Origin: Thalia democratica | Taxonomy: Eukaryota | DNA: 64,000 nt | Reading direction: 5' to 3' | NCBI GenBank assembly: GCA_965202585.1 | Contig: OZ241831.1 | Span: 31,248,001 to 31,312,000, forward strand | In this document: one piece after another, positions 39,334 through 51,578 of the stretch | Position numbering within the stretch: the stretch's first letter is position 1 | Layout of the letters: each line of letters begins with the position of its first letter | The notes under the pieces: generated by a model | Told to the model about the DNA's origin: nothing | Databases searched by the model: none | Seen by the model: the letters and a program-made list of their open reading frames with translations, nothing else | Position numbers and translations under genes: made by a program

Positions 39334-41584
39334 TGCATAGCATTTCGTTGTGGACTAACATCTCGTTGTTGCATAGCAACTCGTTGTCGACTAACATCTC
39401 GTTGTTGCATAGCAGCTCGTTGTGGACTAACATCTCGTTGTTGCATAGCAACTCGTTGTTGACTAACATCTCGTTGTTGCATAGCAACTCGTTCTTGCAT
39501 AGCAACTCGTTGTTGACTAACATCTCGTTATTGCATAGCAACTCGTTGTTGACTAACATCTCGTTGTTGCATAGTAGCTTGTTGTAGACTAACATCTTGT
39601 TGTTGCATAGCAACTCGTTGTGGACTAACATCTCGTTGTTGCATAGCAGCTCGTTGTTGACTAACATCTAGTTGTTGCATAGTAACTCGTTGTTGACTAC
39701 TATCTTGTTGTTGCATAGCAACTCGTTCTTGCATAGCAACTCGTTGTTGACTAACATCTCGTTATTGCATAGCAACTCGTTGTTGACTAAAATCTCGTTG
39801 TTGCATAGTAGCTTGTTGTAGACTAACATCTCGTTGTTGCATAGCAACTTGTTGTTGACTAACATCTAGTTGTTGCATAGCAACTCGTTGTGGACTAACA
39901 TCTCGTTGTTGCATAGCAACTCGTTGTGGACTAACATCTCGTTGTTGCATAGCAACTCGTTGTTGACTAACATCTCGTTGTTGCATAGCAGCTCGTTGTT
40001 GACTAACATCTCGTTGTTGCATAGCAACTCGTTGTTGACTAACATCTAGTTGTTGCATAGCAGCTTGTTGTGGACTAACATCTCGTTGTTGCATAGCAGC
40101 TCGTTGTGGACTAACATCTCGTTGTTGCATAGCAACTCGTTGTGGACTAACATCTCGTTGTTGCATAGCAACTCGTTGTTGACTAACATCTCGTTGTTGC
40201 ATAGCAACTCGTTGTGGACTAACATCTCGTTGTTGCATAGCAACTCGTTGTTGACTAACATCTCGTTGTTGCATAGCAACTCGTTGTTGACTAACATCTC
40301 GTTGTTGCATAGCAGCTTGTTGTGGACTAATATCTTGTTGTTGCATAGCAACTCGTTGTGGACTAACATCTCGTTGTTGCATAGCAGCTCGTTGTGGACT
40401 AACATCTCGTTGTTGCATAGCAACTCGTTGTGGACTAACATCTCGTTGTTGCATAGCAACTCGTTGTTGACTAACATCTCGTTGTTGCATAGCAACTCGT
40501 TGTGGACTAACATTTTGTTGTTGCATAGCAACTCGTTGTTGACTAACATCTCGTTGTTGCATAGAAGCTTGTTGTTGACTAACATCTTGTTGTTGCATAG
40601 CAACTCGTTGTTGACTAACATCTCGTTGTTGCATAGCAGCTTGTTGTTGACTGAAATCTTGTTGTTGCATAGCAGCTTGTTGTGGACTAACATCTTGTTG
40701 TTGCATAGCAACTCGTTGTGGACTAACATCTCGTTGTTGCATAGCAGCTCGTTGTGGACTAACATCTCGTTGTTGCATAGCAACTCGTTGTGGACTAACA
40801 TCTCGTTGTTGCATAGCAACTCGTTGTTGACTAACATCTCGTTGTTGCATAGCAACTCGTTGTGGACTAACATCTTGTTGTTGCATAGCAACTCGTTGTT
40901 GACTAACATCTTGTTGTTGCATAGCAACTTGTTGTTGACTAACATCTTGTTGTTGCATAGCAACTTGTTGTGGACTAACACCTCGTTGTTGCATAGCAGT
41001 TTGTTGTTGACTAACATCTCGTTGTTGCATAGCAGCTTGTTGTTGACTAACATCTCGTTGTTGCATAGCAACTCGTTGTTGACTAACATCTCGTTGTTGC
41101 ATAGCAACTCGTTGTGGACTAACATCTCGTTGTTGCATAGCAACTCGTTGTTGACTAACATCTCGTTGTTGCATAGCAACTCGTTGTGGACTAACATCTT
41201 ATTGTTGCATAGCAACTCGTTGTGGACTAACATCTTGTTGTTGCATAGCAACTTGTTGTTGACTAACATCTAGTTGTTGCATAGCAACTCGTTGTGGACT
41301 AACATCTCGTTGTTGCATAGCAACTCGTTGTGGACTAACATCTCGTTGTTGCATAGCAACTCGTTGTTGACTAACATCTAGTTGTTGCATAGCAGCTCGT
41401 TGTGGACTAACATCTCGTTGTTGCATAGCAGCTTGTTGATGACTAACATCTCGTTGTTACATAGCAACTCGTTGTTAACTAACATCTCGTTGTTGCATAG
41501 CAGCTCGTTGTCGACTAACATCTCGTTGTTGCATAGCAACTCGTTGTGGACTAACATGTCGTTGTTGCATAGCAACTCGTTGTG
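39334..41584 (-). repeat. 36-bp minisatellite, ~62 copies, encoding MQQRDVS(P/Q)QRVA in its probable ancestral frame
   Basis: Unit gttgcatagcaactcgttgt(t/g)gactaacatctcgtt. The Gln frame is continuous with non-repetitive Gln/Thr-rich coding-like sequence upstream (41600-41850) and a unique tail (ARQPLPLPIFTLSEEDFL) downstream, but carries several CAA>TAA stops. Confidence 0.95.
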
Positions 41585-41662
41585 ATCCAGCAGCCTGTTC
41601 TTGGTCAGGAACTTGTACTTGCCTAATAGGATGTTGCAGATCAATCTCTAGCTGTGTTTTCG

Positions 41663-41962
41663 TCAACTGTGGTTGCATAGAATTTTTTGGTTCTCCAGTA
41701 GCTTGTTGTTGATCAGAAATTTTTGAATGTCTTGTACTTTCGGTTTGCCAAGAAATTTATAGTTGTCCAGTAGCTTGTTGTGGCCTAGAAATTTGTTGCT
41801 GCGAAGTAGTTTCGGATTTCCTAGAAATTTGTGGTTGACCAGTAGCTTGTTGTTTATTTGTGATTTTTCAGATTTTTTCATCTGCACAGTAGCATTTTGG
41901 AGTTGTCGTTGTTTTTTAGGTTTTTCTCGTCTGACTTTTGCTCTTCGGCTCCAAAACCAATT
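41663..41962 (-). CDS. Divergent homeobox gene, 3' exon (helix 3 NWFWSRRAKVRRE plus tail)
   Basis: Acceptor actttag|AAT TGG TTT TGG AGC CGA AGA GCA AAA; the W-F-x-x-R-R-A-K homeodomain signature; frame ends at TGA 41663-41665. Confidence 0.78.
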   Translation of the reverse strand, partial: NWFWSRRAKVRREKPKKQRQLQNATVQMKKSEKSQINNKLLVNHKFLGNPKLLRSNKFLGHNKLLDNYKFLGKPKVQDIQKFLINNKLLENQKILCNHS

Positions 41963-42157
41963 CTAAAGTTTTAATAATTAAAAAATAAAGCCATTTATTT
42001 TAAATATATGTTTTATAAAAGTCTAGATCTATGCCAATATTTTGTAACATCTATTCTATTTGATAATTAAGGTGCTAAATTTCTTTTAAAATTGCTGTAT
42101 ACAGTCATAGAGGCTTTTAAAAGTCTAAAAGTTACTAGTATACAGTCAATATCTAAC

Positions 42158-42382
42158 CGCTACACATCTCAAAGGCAGACGAATTTGATTTGCAATACGC
42201 TTTCTATTTTCTAAATCCGGATTCTTATTAATCAAGAATACACCTTTAAAAAAACCCCTCTGAAAATCATACAAACACTGATCCGGGGATAAAATTTTTG
42301 CGCCGGGCTGGTACCTTAAGGAGGCTCTGATATCGTTTGGCGACACTGAAGTCAATAATACTGGTTTATTACTCCTCATCAT
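42158..42382 (-). CDS. Divergent homeobox gene, exon with helices 1-2
   Basis: ...FFKGVFLINKNPDLENRKRIANQIRLPLRCVA|gttaga aligns with homeodomain positions ~16-46 (F20, P26, R31, A35, L40, V45); a 195-bp phase-0 GT-AG intron (41963-42157) joins it in frame to NWF. Confidence 0.75.
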
Positions 42383-42673
42383 AACTTAATTTGTTTTAGC
42401 ATGGCAAAAGCACACCTTTCTCAGTAAATAAAATAGATTTGTTTTTATTATTAGTTATTAAGTGTAACAAAATTAAGAACACAACGGCAGCTATGAAGCC
42501 TAAGTATAAGTAATGCCAAAAATAAGAGTTTTTTTTATAAGTTTATTAAAAATAAAATTAAATATTATAATAAGATTTAATTTAAAAACATTTAAAATTC
42601 TTCTTTCTTATGAAAATATTTATTTTGAAACATTATTTTTTGTTGTGGTTTCTAATCCAGTTAATTAAACAAA

Positions 42674-42876
42674 CCAGTAATTGGATAATTCGAATTTTGA
42701 GAAATAAAATGGTCCGGATTTAGATTTGGACGTTGTTGTCCAACAAAGTCGGGTGAAGTTATACCAGCCGAAGCGTAACCATGTAGGTGACTGCTGTTGC
42801 TAGGAGGAATTTGTTGTTGCCAGGATGCTGGAACTAAAGGAGCCTGGTGAAAGTTAGGAGAGCCTGTTTGAGGCAT
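42674..42876 (-). CDS. Gln/Pro/Ser-rich exon, probable upstream exon of the homeobox gene
   Basis: MPQTGSPNFHQAPLVPASWQQQIPPS... with AAAATG context and a coding-like GC rise. Possible phase-1 donor ACTG|gtttgt would join in frame to aag|TT ATG ATG at 42384, but that acceptor is weak. Confidence 0.45.
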
Positions 42877-44544
42877 TTTATTGAACCCTCTGTTTGGAAT
42901 TAATCAAAGTTTTTATTATAAAGTTTGTGTTTTGAATTAAAACTTATAAAAAATAAATCATGCATTATTATTTTTATAATTATTTCAACATAATGTTGTA
43001 TCAGAATTGCTTATAAAGAATAGTATTAAATTAAAAAAAAATCTGCTAAAATAATAAAAAACTTTTAATAAAAAGTTAACATATAATATAAGCTTTCACA
43101 AGACCAACCCTTGCGGTAGGAAAGCTTCCTCTGCGTCGGGGATCAACCTGAAAACCAGGACTTCTAGTTTGTAGCCTGTGAGGAGGGAAAGAGAGCGGGG
43201 GACTTCCCGGAAATAACTTTCTTTAATTTGGGGAATTTACCTGTTGTGGAAACCTTGGATTTGATTAAAACTAAATTTTACATTAAGAAAAAAGAACAGA
43301 ATTAAACGTTTGTAGTTAACTTGTGCTTCCTTAAATTAAGCGAAATTTAAAAATATTTTAAATTGAAAAAATAAAAAGAACAGTTGAACTCCTACATAAT
43401 CCGTTAATAGATGTTTAAAGACTAACATCACATTAAAATGTTTCCTTAATAAGTAATACTAACATATTTTTCAACAAAAAAACTTTTGTTAAGAGTGTTA
43501 ACGAATACAGCTCTATCGAAATCTACAAACTTTTAGTTTTTAGTGATTAAACATTAATGATTTTTATGTATTATCTTTTTAACTATTATTTCCAATTCAG
43601 TAAAGCGTCTTTTTATACAATTTTTGTTTAATACAACCTGCATAAACAATAAATTTATCGAAAAAGTTTATTTTGTTTATTGCGTTTCTAAAGCTTAGTG
43701 TAAATATGTTCATATTATTGATATTTTTAAACTTCTTTGTATCATCAAGAATAACATTCATCTTTTCAATATATTCAGTTGTATTTAATAAAACTTTTCA
43801 ATTTCCTTTGTCCATCTAAGACATTCCATGCTTTTATTTTGTGATAAATGTTTCAGTGTTCTGTGCACAGCTTTATTTTTTAGTTCTTATTTGTTCAGTT
43901 ACGTCATAAGATAATGTTTTGTTTTCATTTTTAGTAATTTGTTTAATTTTAGATTAAATTAAGCCATAATATTAATTTCATCTATGGTTTTTGGAAAAAT
44001 AGAATGCTTGAAGCCAACGTTAATGCATTTGATTCACTAATTGAAATTCATGATTACTGTTGTTTATGATACAGTTTCGAGTTTAACTTTTACTTTGGTC
44101 GTTCCACAATGAATCTAATTTCTTTTTATGTCACTGCTTTTTATCCAATATTATTTCTTTTAAGTAAATAGTTCTACCTTAAAAAAACAAGCGAATTATA
44201 GTTTATTTTTATTGTTACAATAAATATACGTGAAAAAGCGAATTCAAAATATAATAAGTTATAATTTAATTATTATTTTATCTGTTACATAATACAGTGT
44301 CAATATACTAAAGTTATAATTACACTTTATTCTTTAAAAACATAACTATAAATTATGTTTTAATACTTTATCAATATATATCTTATACTACATGTTTTTG
44401 AAAGTAACAAAAACATTTAAATAAATAAAGATATGATAATACGCTACCACATATATAATCTTCATACACTTTATTTATACATTTATAACCTTCTTACTGA
44501 CAAATCAGTGAGTTCTGAATTTACATTTTTAGTTTATAGGATCT

Positions 44545-45143
44545 TTAATGTCTGTTCCTGCTTGAATTCTGCGTAAATCTTCTTCCACAAACATCACATC
44601 CAAATGGTCTATCTCCAGTATGAATTCTATTATGAGTATTTAGGTTACTTTTGTGAAAACTTCTTTTTGCAAATATCACATTCAAAAGGCTTTTCTTTAT
44701 TAAGAGTCAACATGTGGCGTTTCAGATGATGATTTAGAGCAAACATCTTTTCGCAGACTTCACATTGAAAATCTTTCTTACCACTATGTGTCAACATGTG
44801 TCTTGTCAAGTCAGCTTTACGATTAAAACTTTTATCACACTGTTCGCAACTAAACGGTTTATTACCAGTATGTACTACTGCATGGCGTGTTAAATTACTT
44901 CTTCGCGAAAAACATCTTTTGCAAACATCACATTGATAAATCTTCAAATCGGAATGAGTAAGTTGATGTTGTGTCAATCTGATTTTCTGTACAAAACTTT
45001 TATCATTTGAAAGGTTTCTCACCAGAATTAATTCTTTGATGGCATTCCAGAATATATTTTTTCCTAAAACTTTTTCCACAAGTTTCACAAATATGTTGCC
45101 TATCATCATTTAGAAGCTTCAAACTAGATTCAGCAAAATTCAT
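44545..45143 (-). pseudogene. Intronless C2H2 zinc-finger pseudogene (~7 fingers)
   Basis: C-x2-C...H-x3-H fingers with TGEKPF-type linkers spread over three frames: MNFAESS...HICETCGKSF...KPFK (frameshift); DKSFVQK...KKFSQK (frameshift); [21 protein letters not shown]...RH*. Two fingers lack the second His. Confidence 0.85.
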
Positions 45144-46644
45144 GATTTAAGTTTATCGAAAAATAATTTTAATTAGCAAAGTACTAAAGACTATAAAAAT
45201 TAAATATATTTTTATTTTACTTATCTAACTTTGTTCATTATTAACACAACCAAAATTTTATTAACAGTTAATTGTATTTGTTTTTTTTTTCAATTGAGCT
45301 TTCTATTGTTGAATCATACTATTAACAGTTTATCAGTTCATATTAGTTTTACTTGTTGTATCATTTTTATAGGATAAATAAATTTTAACAACTATGTAAA
45401 CCATAAAAACACATAAAACAAGTTTAGGATAACTATGTTGTTACATACATGTGATAAAAATAATTTTTTTAACTTTGTTATGAAGCTTTTTATCTAATTG
45501 TATAATCTAGAGACAAAAATTATAAATAATATTTATAATATGTTATTAGTACAACAACATGCATAATATAAGTTACGGTTTATCAAAATGTTTTAAATTT
45601 ATGTCGATAAAATCAATACGATATGAAAATAATAATGCTTTAAATACTTATATTTTTTAATTGATCTACTGTACTATTACATTTAAATATTTGTAAATCT
45701 AAACTGTTATAGTTATTATATATGTTTGAGATGGCCATTCGTTATTACTATCACTTCAATTATAAAATTTTGAGTTTCTGTACTATTAATTAAGAAAATG
45801 TTGTTTAACATAATAACAATCAATGAAGCAATTACTTTTTTGAATTAAAGATGTTAATACTTAATAATAAACTATAGTGGTATACTTTAGTACCTTGTTT
45901 AGTTTATAAATATGTGAAGCTCGTTGGAACAATAACAAAACTTGAATGAAAAATTATGCTTTGCATTTAATTTCTCCATATAACAATTAGAATAACAAAC
46001 TGTATTTTTTCTAACATAACCTACATTATAAAATCTTAAATATTACAACAAACTACTTTGAGTTTATTTTTTACACCATTCACAAAGGACAATCACTGCT
46101 TTAATTAGTTATAACATTATCTTGATGGAAAATATTTTATACCATTAGGATAGCTATACTTATTTGATATAATTAAACAAACTGTAAAAATAAATTACTT
46201 TATTAGATATTTAGTATTTTTTATTAAACATTAGACTTTCAGTGATATTCATCAATACATATAAATTATTTCTTTTCAAACTTCTCTTTAAGCTTTCGTT
46301 ATTTGGTCAATATATTTTAAAACCAAATAAAACATTCAAGGTTTACCTTTCGGTCGGACTAGTGGTTGTAGTAAACAAAAACATTATTTTAGCTGAATTA
46401 ATAAAATCTGCTTTTCGACCTAAACCGGCCGGATAAGCGAGGGACCGATCAAGTGAGCACCGGATAAGTGAGGAAGCACTTTACTAACATGTAGATATTT
46501 TTGTAAAAAAGATTTTTTATTTAACTTTACACATTTATTCCAATAGGTTTACATCTCTCTATGTATAAATATAAAAAAGAAATTCAATTAGAAGTGCAAC
46601 AATCAACAAAATGATAAAAAGGCACGTGTGTCCATACTTATGTC

Positions 46645-46910
46645 TTTTGTTAAAAGTAAAAAAATAATTTAACAACAATAAGGCAATTTTGTTAAAAGTA
46701 AAAAAAATAATTTAACAACATTAAGACAATTTTGTTACAAATAAAAAAATAATTTAACAACATTAAGGCAATTTTGTTAAAATTAAAAAACTATTTTAAC
46801 AACAATAAGGCAGTTTCGTTAAAAATAAAAAGCTAATATAACAATAATAAGACAATTTTGTTGAAATTAAAAAACTAATATAAGAATAATAAGGCTATTT
46901 TATTAAAATT
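46645..46910. repeat. ~42-bp tandem repeat, ~6 copies
   Basis: Unit ttttgttaaaagtaaaaaaataatttaacaacaataaggcaa with progressive divergence. Confidence 0.85.
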
Positions 46911-47109
46911 AAAGCAACTTATAATATTTAGCGTAAAAATTTATCTTAACGAAACTAGAAAAAAAAAAACTTGTAAAATGTATGCTTTTTTAAAAAAACT
47001 TCTATAAATATTTCAAATAAGTGTCAACCAATATTGTTGTAACCAAAAACGTAAAAGTCATCTTTGTAAATTTGTTTAACTTTTGAAAAAGTAGTTTTAG
47101 GAAGCTTAC

Positions 47110-50100
47110 TGAGCATGCTTAGATGTTTTAGCGACTCGTGTTTTTTGTCCGTCGATGAAAATTCTACTTTTTGCAGGCACTCTTCTTTGCAAATGGTTCA
47201 GCAAGTTCTTCGAATCGCCGACCAGATTGTCAAAACTTATCACGTGATCGTAGTTGATTTGGCACGGCGAACACAAATCGACCATGTTTCTCCAATGAAC
47301 GTCTGCCTTCAAGTGGCCTTCGCCGTATTGACCTGAAACGATCCTGTGAAAAACATTCAAATGTCAAAGTTTTCAACGTGTAAATATAAAATATCTACGC
47401 TATCACATAGGCGAATGAAGTTATATTTGAATACAGTAACAAGACTAGTTGAATTTTTTGAACTACATCACTTTATTTACTTGATTAACAGTTTCTTTTA
47501 CAACTGATTTATAGTTTTTTTTTTAAACAAAACGTTGTATTCTTTAAAACAATCTGTAAAAAAAAATCGTCTCCTTACATGTACATAAGTTAAGAACTTT
47601 ATATTGTTAAATTTTAAGCAACTTACAATATCAAAAATGTTATATAAATAAAAAAATTCAATTTTATATCAATTGTTTGAAGTATAAGTCTGGAACGTTT
47701 TTAAAACGATTTACTTTTGTAGCTTAAACTGTAGTGGTTACTTTATAAATACTTCAAAGGAAAGTTGTCCTTTTCTTAACATGTTTACTGAATCCAAAAC
47801 TTCTTTTTGCTGAATAGACTTCAAGTTTTGAAATATTTTTGTTCCATTTAATTTGTTTTCAAAATTATTTTGATTGAAGTTTCTGTTAGAAGATTATAAA
47901 GCTCTTTAAAGAAATTTTACCCAAGTATTATAATAACAAAATTGCTAAAAAACTTATTAAAACACAGCAAATTTTTGATTTAGTATAAATGACTGCATTC
48001 TTTAGAATTTACTAAGCTTTAAGTTTGCTAATAAAAATATGTTTAAAATCAGAATCACTAACTAATCTAGTAACAAACTTGTCGTTATATTTTAAGTGAG
48101 GTTATAAAAAAATCTTTTAGACAGAGACTTTTAATCTTAAAATTTAGCTTGAATAAAAACTTAATAAAAGCACACTGAAATATAAGTATGGAAAAACAAA
48201 CTGCATATAAGTATGTTTAGATTAAATATTATAAAACTTAATAAATTTTTACATATAAAAGTCTAATTTCTTCAAATCTAACATGTTACTTGTTAACCAT
48301 GCTCTATATCAGGGTTTTCCAAACTTATTTTCACAAGCCCCCATTTAAAAAATAAAAATCCATGACAAGATTATTATGAAAACTACCATTAAATGAATCT
48401 AAAAACTTTTTTTTTGCACTTTATCATCAACTCAAAAATATTTAGTGCAGCAATTCATAACCTGGGATAAATCTACTTCTTAGGGTAATTTTTATTTCAA
48501 GGCTTAAAATTTCTTTATTATAATTGATTTGAGTTAAAGTTTATGAATTTTTATTAGTTAGTATTCAACTGTTTTTTTTTTTTTTGAAGATAAACAAACT
48601 CTTTAATTTTTACGAATTTTTGTGTTTCATGAGCCTAAAATTTAAATAAATTTAGTTTTTTTCCTCAAACTTAATCACTATTTTAGGTATTGGGGGTAGT
48701 TAGAAAAACACCTTCCATAAAAGGGTAAAACATGAAAAAAAGGACAAGAACCGCTAATCTAGTGTGAGAACTCGTAGATTAATTAACTGTAAACTTCAAT
48801 TTATGGCCTCATGGCCCTCTTTCGGCCCATTTCATTAACAACAACCCGCTCCCATTAGCCCCTTTGCTGCTTATGGCCCTAAAATGGCCGCATGGCTTGC
48901 TTTAGTAAACCCTGTTCTATGTTATTAGAAATCGTATATTAATAAAAAAGTTTTAGATTCTTCATCTTAATTTGACAACAACCCTTTATTTTGACTATTA
49001 CAGTTTTGAAGCTCAGAAGGTTTATTAAAACCATTGTATTTTAATTGACTTAAAAAAAATGGTCTGTAACATTTTTGAATACAAACTAATTTTTCAGTAA
49101 AAACAATAATTTGTTTTGTTTATGAAGTGTTATAAGGTTTTTTGTTATAATAAATAAAAGTGCATTATAGTATGAGTATAAAAGTATGAATATAAAAATT
49201 TAACCAACGGTTTTTAATTAACTTATTGTTTAAACCATATGCACAGCACAGATGTCTGATTATATAAATATTAATAGAAATTGCATTTAAAGTTCATATA
49301 TTCAAACATGTTTCTTGGTCAAGAACAACATTTTCATCATAAACTATTTCGTTCACCTGATCCTAACTCCGTGGACTAGCTGTGGCAAATACTTGTTGGC
49401 TGAAGGCTTGCCCACATAGTTTCTGTAATAAACTTTGGATGCTTTATTTGTGAACTTTGAATAATAAGCCGACACAAGCCTTTCAAAAGGATGTCGTTGG
49501 ACAAAAAACTTGGTGTAGTTTGTTAATCTTTGCTCCCTCTCTTCTTTGCTCAATGTCCTTAACAACCGGAATGTCTTATCATTATCAGTTAAAATATCCT
49601 CCCTCCTAGCCGTCTTATAATCAGGTTTACCAGCGAAATGCCACAAAAACCTTCTCCAGGTCGTGCTTGCCGCCTTAAAAAAAAATACTTATTTAACTTT
49701 CGGTTACACTAATGTGTGGTTTTTTTAGAGTTAGACTACGTAAATGAGCTTTATGAAAGAAGTTAAGTTCAAGTATTAAAAACAATCACAAGTTTATAAC
49801 ACAATGAGTTAATTAAAACATTTTTTATGTCTTTATTTTCATAGAAACAACATTGAATTTAGTTTTTTTTCAGCAGTTTAGCGTAAATTTATTAACGCAA
49901 AGAAAAGAAGAACATTTACTTTAGAGTTAAAAAGTTGATTGTTTAAAAGGAATTTATCACAACTAACATGTATTAGTTGAACTTTTTATAATAGATTTTT
50001 TTGGTGATGATTATAAACAAATCCCAATTAAAATTAAAATCTACAACTTTCGACTTCACGAATGTATAAAATAAAATGTAAACAATTAAATTTTTTGTTA

Positions 50101-50953
50101 AGTTTTATGGTTTAAACTGTTAACTATATCAAAAACGTAACAAAATAACTGACATTCATAAATAAAAACATGGGTAGTTTACGTTTAGGTATAGAATACA
50201 ACTTTAACTTCATTTTTATAGTTTTAAGAAAAGGTTGGAATTATAATTTTATGTTAGTTTATAGCTGCTGTAAAATTTTATCAGAAAGAAACGGTTATAA
50301 TGAGGAGCTTGATCCAAACAAAAATATTATAAGACTTCCTAATGTACTTAGTTAGCAATATTAAGCGCAAATCTTCTATTAATGATATTAAGAGTAATAA
50401 ATATAGAATACTTAATAATATTGCTAACGAATTGCAATTGATTAAATAGTTGCCACATAATGTTTTTTTCCAAAAAGTGCTAAGTTAAGAAATAACACGG
50501 GTCACAACTTAATTACTCGTAATTTGCTAGTTGCATTTCTTTATGGCGGAAAATTTTTAAATAAAATGTTGTTTTCTGCATTTAACCATTCAGTAACAAA
50601 GACTTCTGGAGTGACCTTTTCAGCGACGACGTCGCTGTCATCAAAAAATTTGATAGTTCAAGAAATGTTATACTCCGATAAATACTGGTATTTATTTTGA
50701 TAAAGCATATAATACCTCAATCTATGAAGTGTCCACAATATCATTTTTATCAAATAGAGTATTTAATAAAAAAAATCAAGAGCGTGTTCAAACTTTAGGT
50801 TTATTTTTAATTCACAAATCAAGTAGAAAAGAAATTTTCTATCATATTTTTTAAACACTTTCAAGTACTAATGGAAGATTTGATAAAACAAAAACATATA
50901 AATCAAACCTTTGGCCAATTATTTTTATTTTGCACTGACCAAAAAGCAAGTAA
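47110..50953 (-). pseudogene. Carbohydrate sulfotransferase (Sulfotransfer_2 / CHST8-14-like), multi-exon, probably pseudogenised
   Basis: Exon 49357-49673: AASTTWRR (5'-PSB after ..PK) and FVQRHPFERLVSAYYSKF (3'-PB). Exon 47110-47343: HWRNMVDLCSPCQINYDHV..FDNL. Upstream candidate exons 50909-50953 (LLAFWSVQNKNNWPK), 50517-50684 (2 stops) and 50184-50375 (KICA*YC...LYSIPK, several stops). Splice phases are mostly compatible. Confidence 0.75.
48310..48914. mobile_element. Non-autonomous hAT (Charlie-like) element in a sulfotransferase intron
   Basis: Ends cagggttttccaaa / tttagtaaaccctg; 8-bp flanks ctctatat / ttctatgt (6 of 8 match); GGCCC-rich subterminal region. Confidence 0.7.
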
Positions 50954-51578
50954 CTGTAAGTTTTTTAAATGAGACTTTTAATAACATAGATATATTTTTT
51001 TGCTATGTACACGTTCAAAAAATAACTTTTTAAAAGTTGCTTTTAAAATGGTTTTGTTTTAGCTGGCTACCTGCTTAGACAAAATACAAGCAGATACCCC
51101 TATCAGCTGTAGTTAAATTACAATACTTTTAAAAAATGCTGACTATTGCCCTTTGTAAATTAATATCTGTCACTATTTTTTTCAAAGTTAAAGTAGTTTG
51201 GAAATGTTATACTTAATATATATATACAAAACAATTTTTTGCAGTAGTAGTCAGCTTCTTACTATTAAGTTATAATAGAGTTCACCGTATGTACCCCAGG
51301 CTTAGTGTTGGTTATGTGTTCTTGGGAGGAACGTAAACGTAAAATTGTAAACTTAAAAATAATAAGGAAGACAAGCATGTCTATGAAAAGAAATCAACAG
51401 GGACTCTGTTTAACATACCTGACGAACAGGTCAGTTAAATTTTTTTAATTGATATGTAGAAGTGTATTACTCAGCTGTTAAGTCGTACAGAAACAAGAGT
51501 TGAAACTGCTCGAAAATGTTGCTTATAGTAATCAACGAGGGGTAAAATTTTTTGATCAACGAATAAAAAAATCAATGA

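Noticed and set aside
39334-41584. CRISPR array (36-bp repeat length)
   Set aside because: Units are head-to-tail with no unique spacers, there are no cas genes, and the context is eukaryotic.
39287-41644. Long ORFs of LVNNELLCNNEM, TNISLLHSNSL and MQQRDVS type in several frames
   Set aside because: By-products of a 36-bp (multiple of 3) tandem repeat that is stop-poor in several frames; only the Gln frame has contextual support, and it is interrupted.
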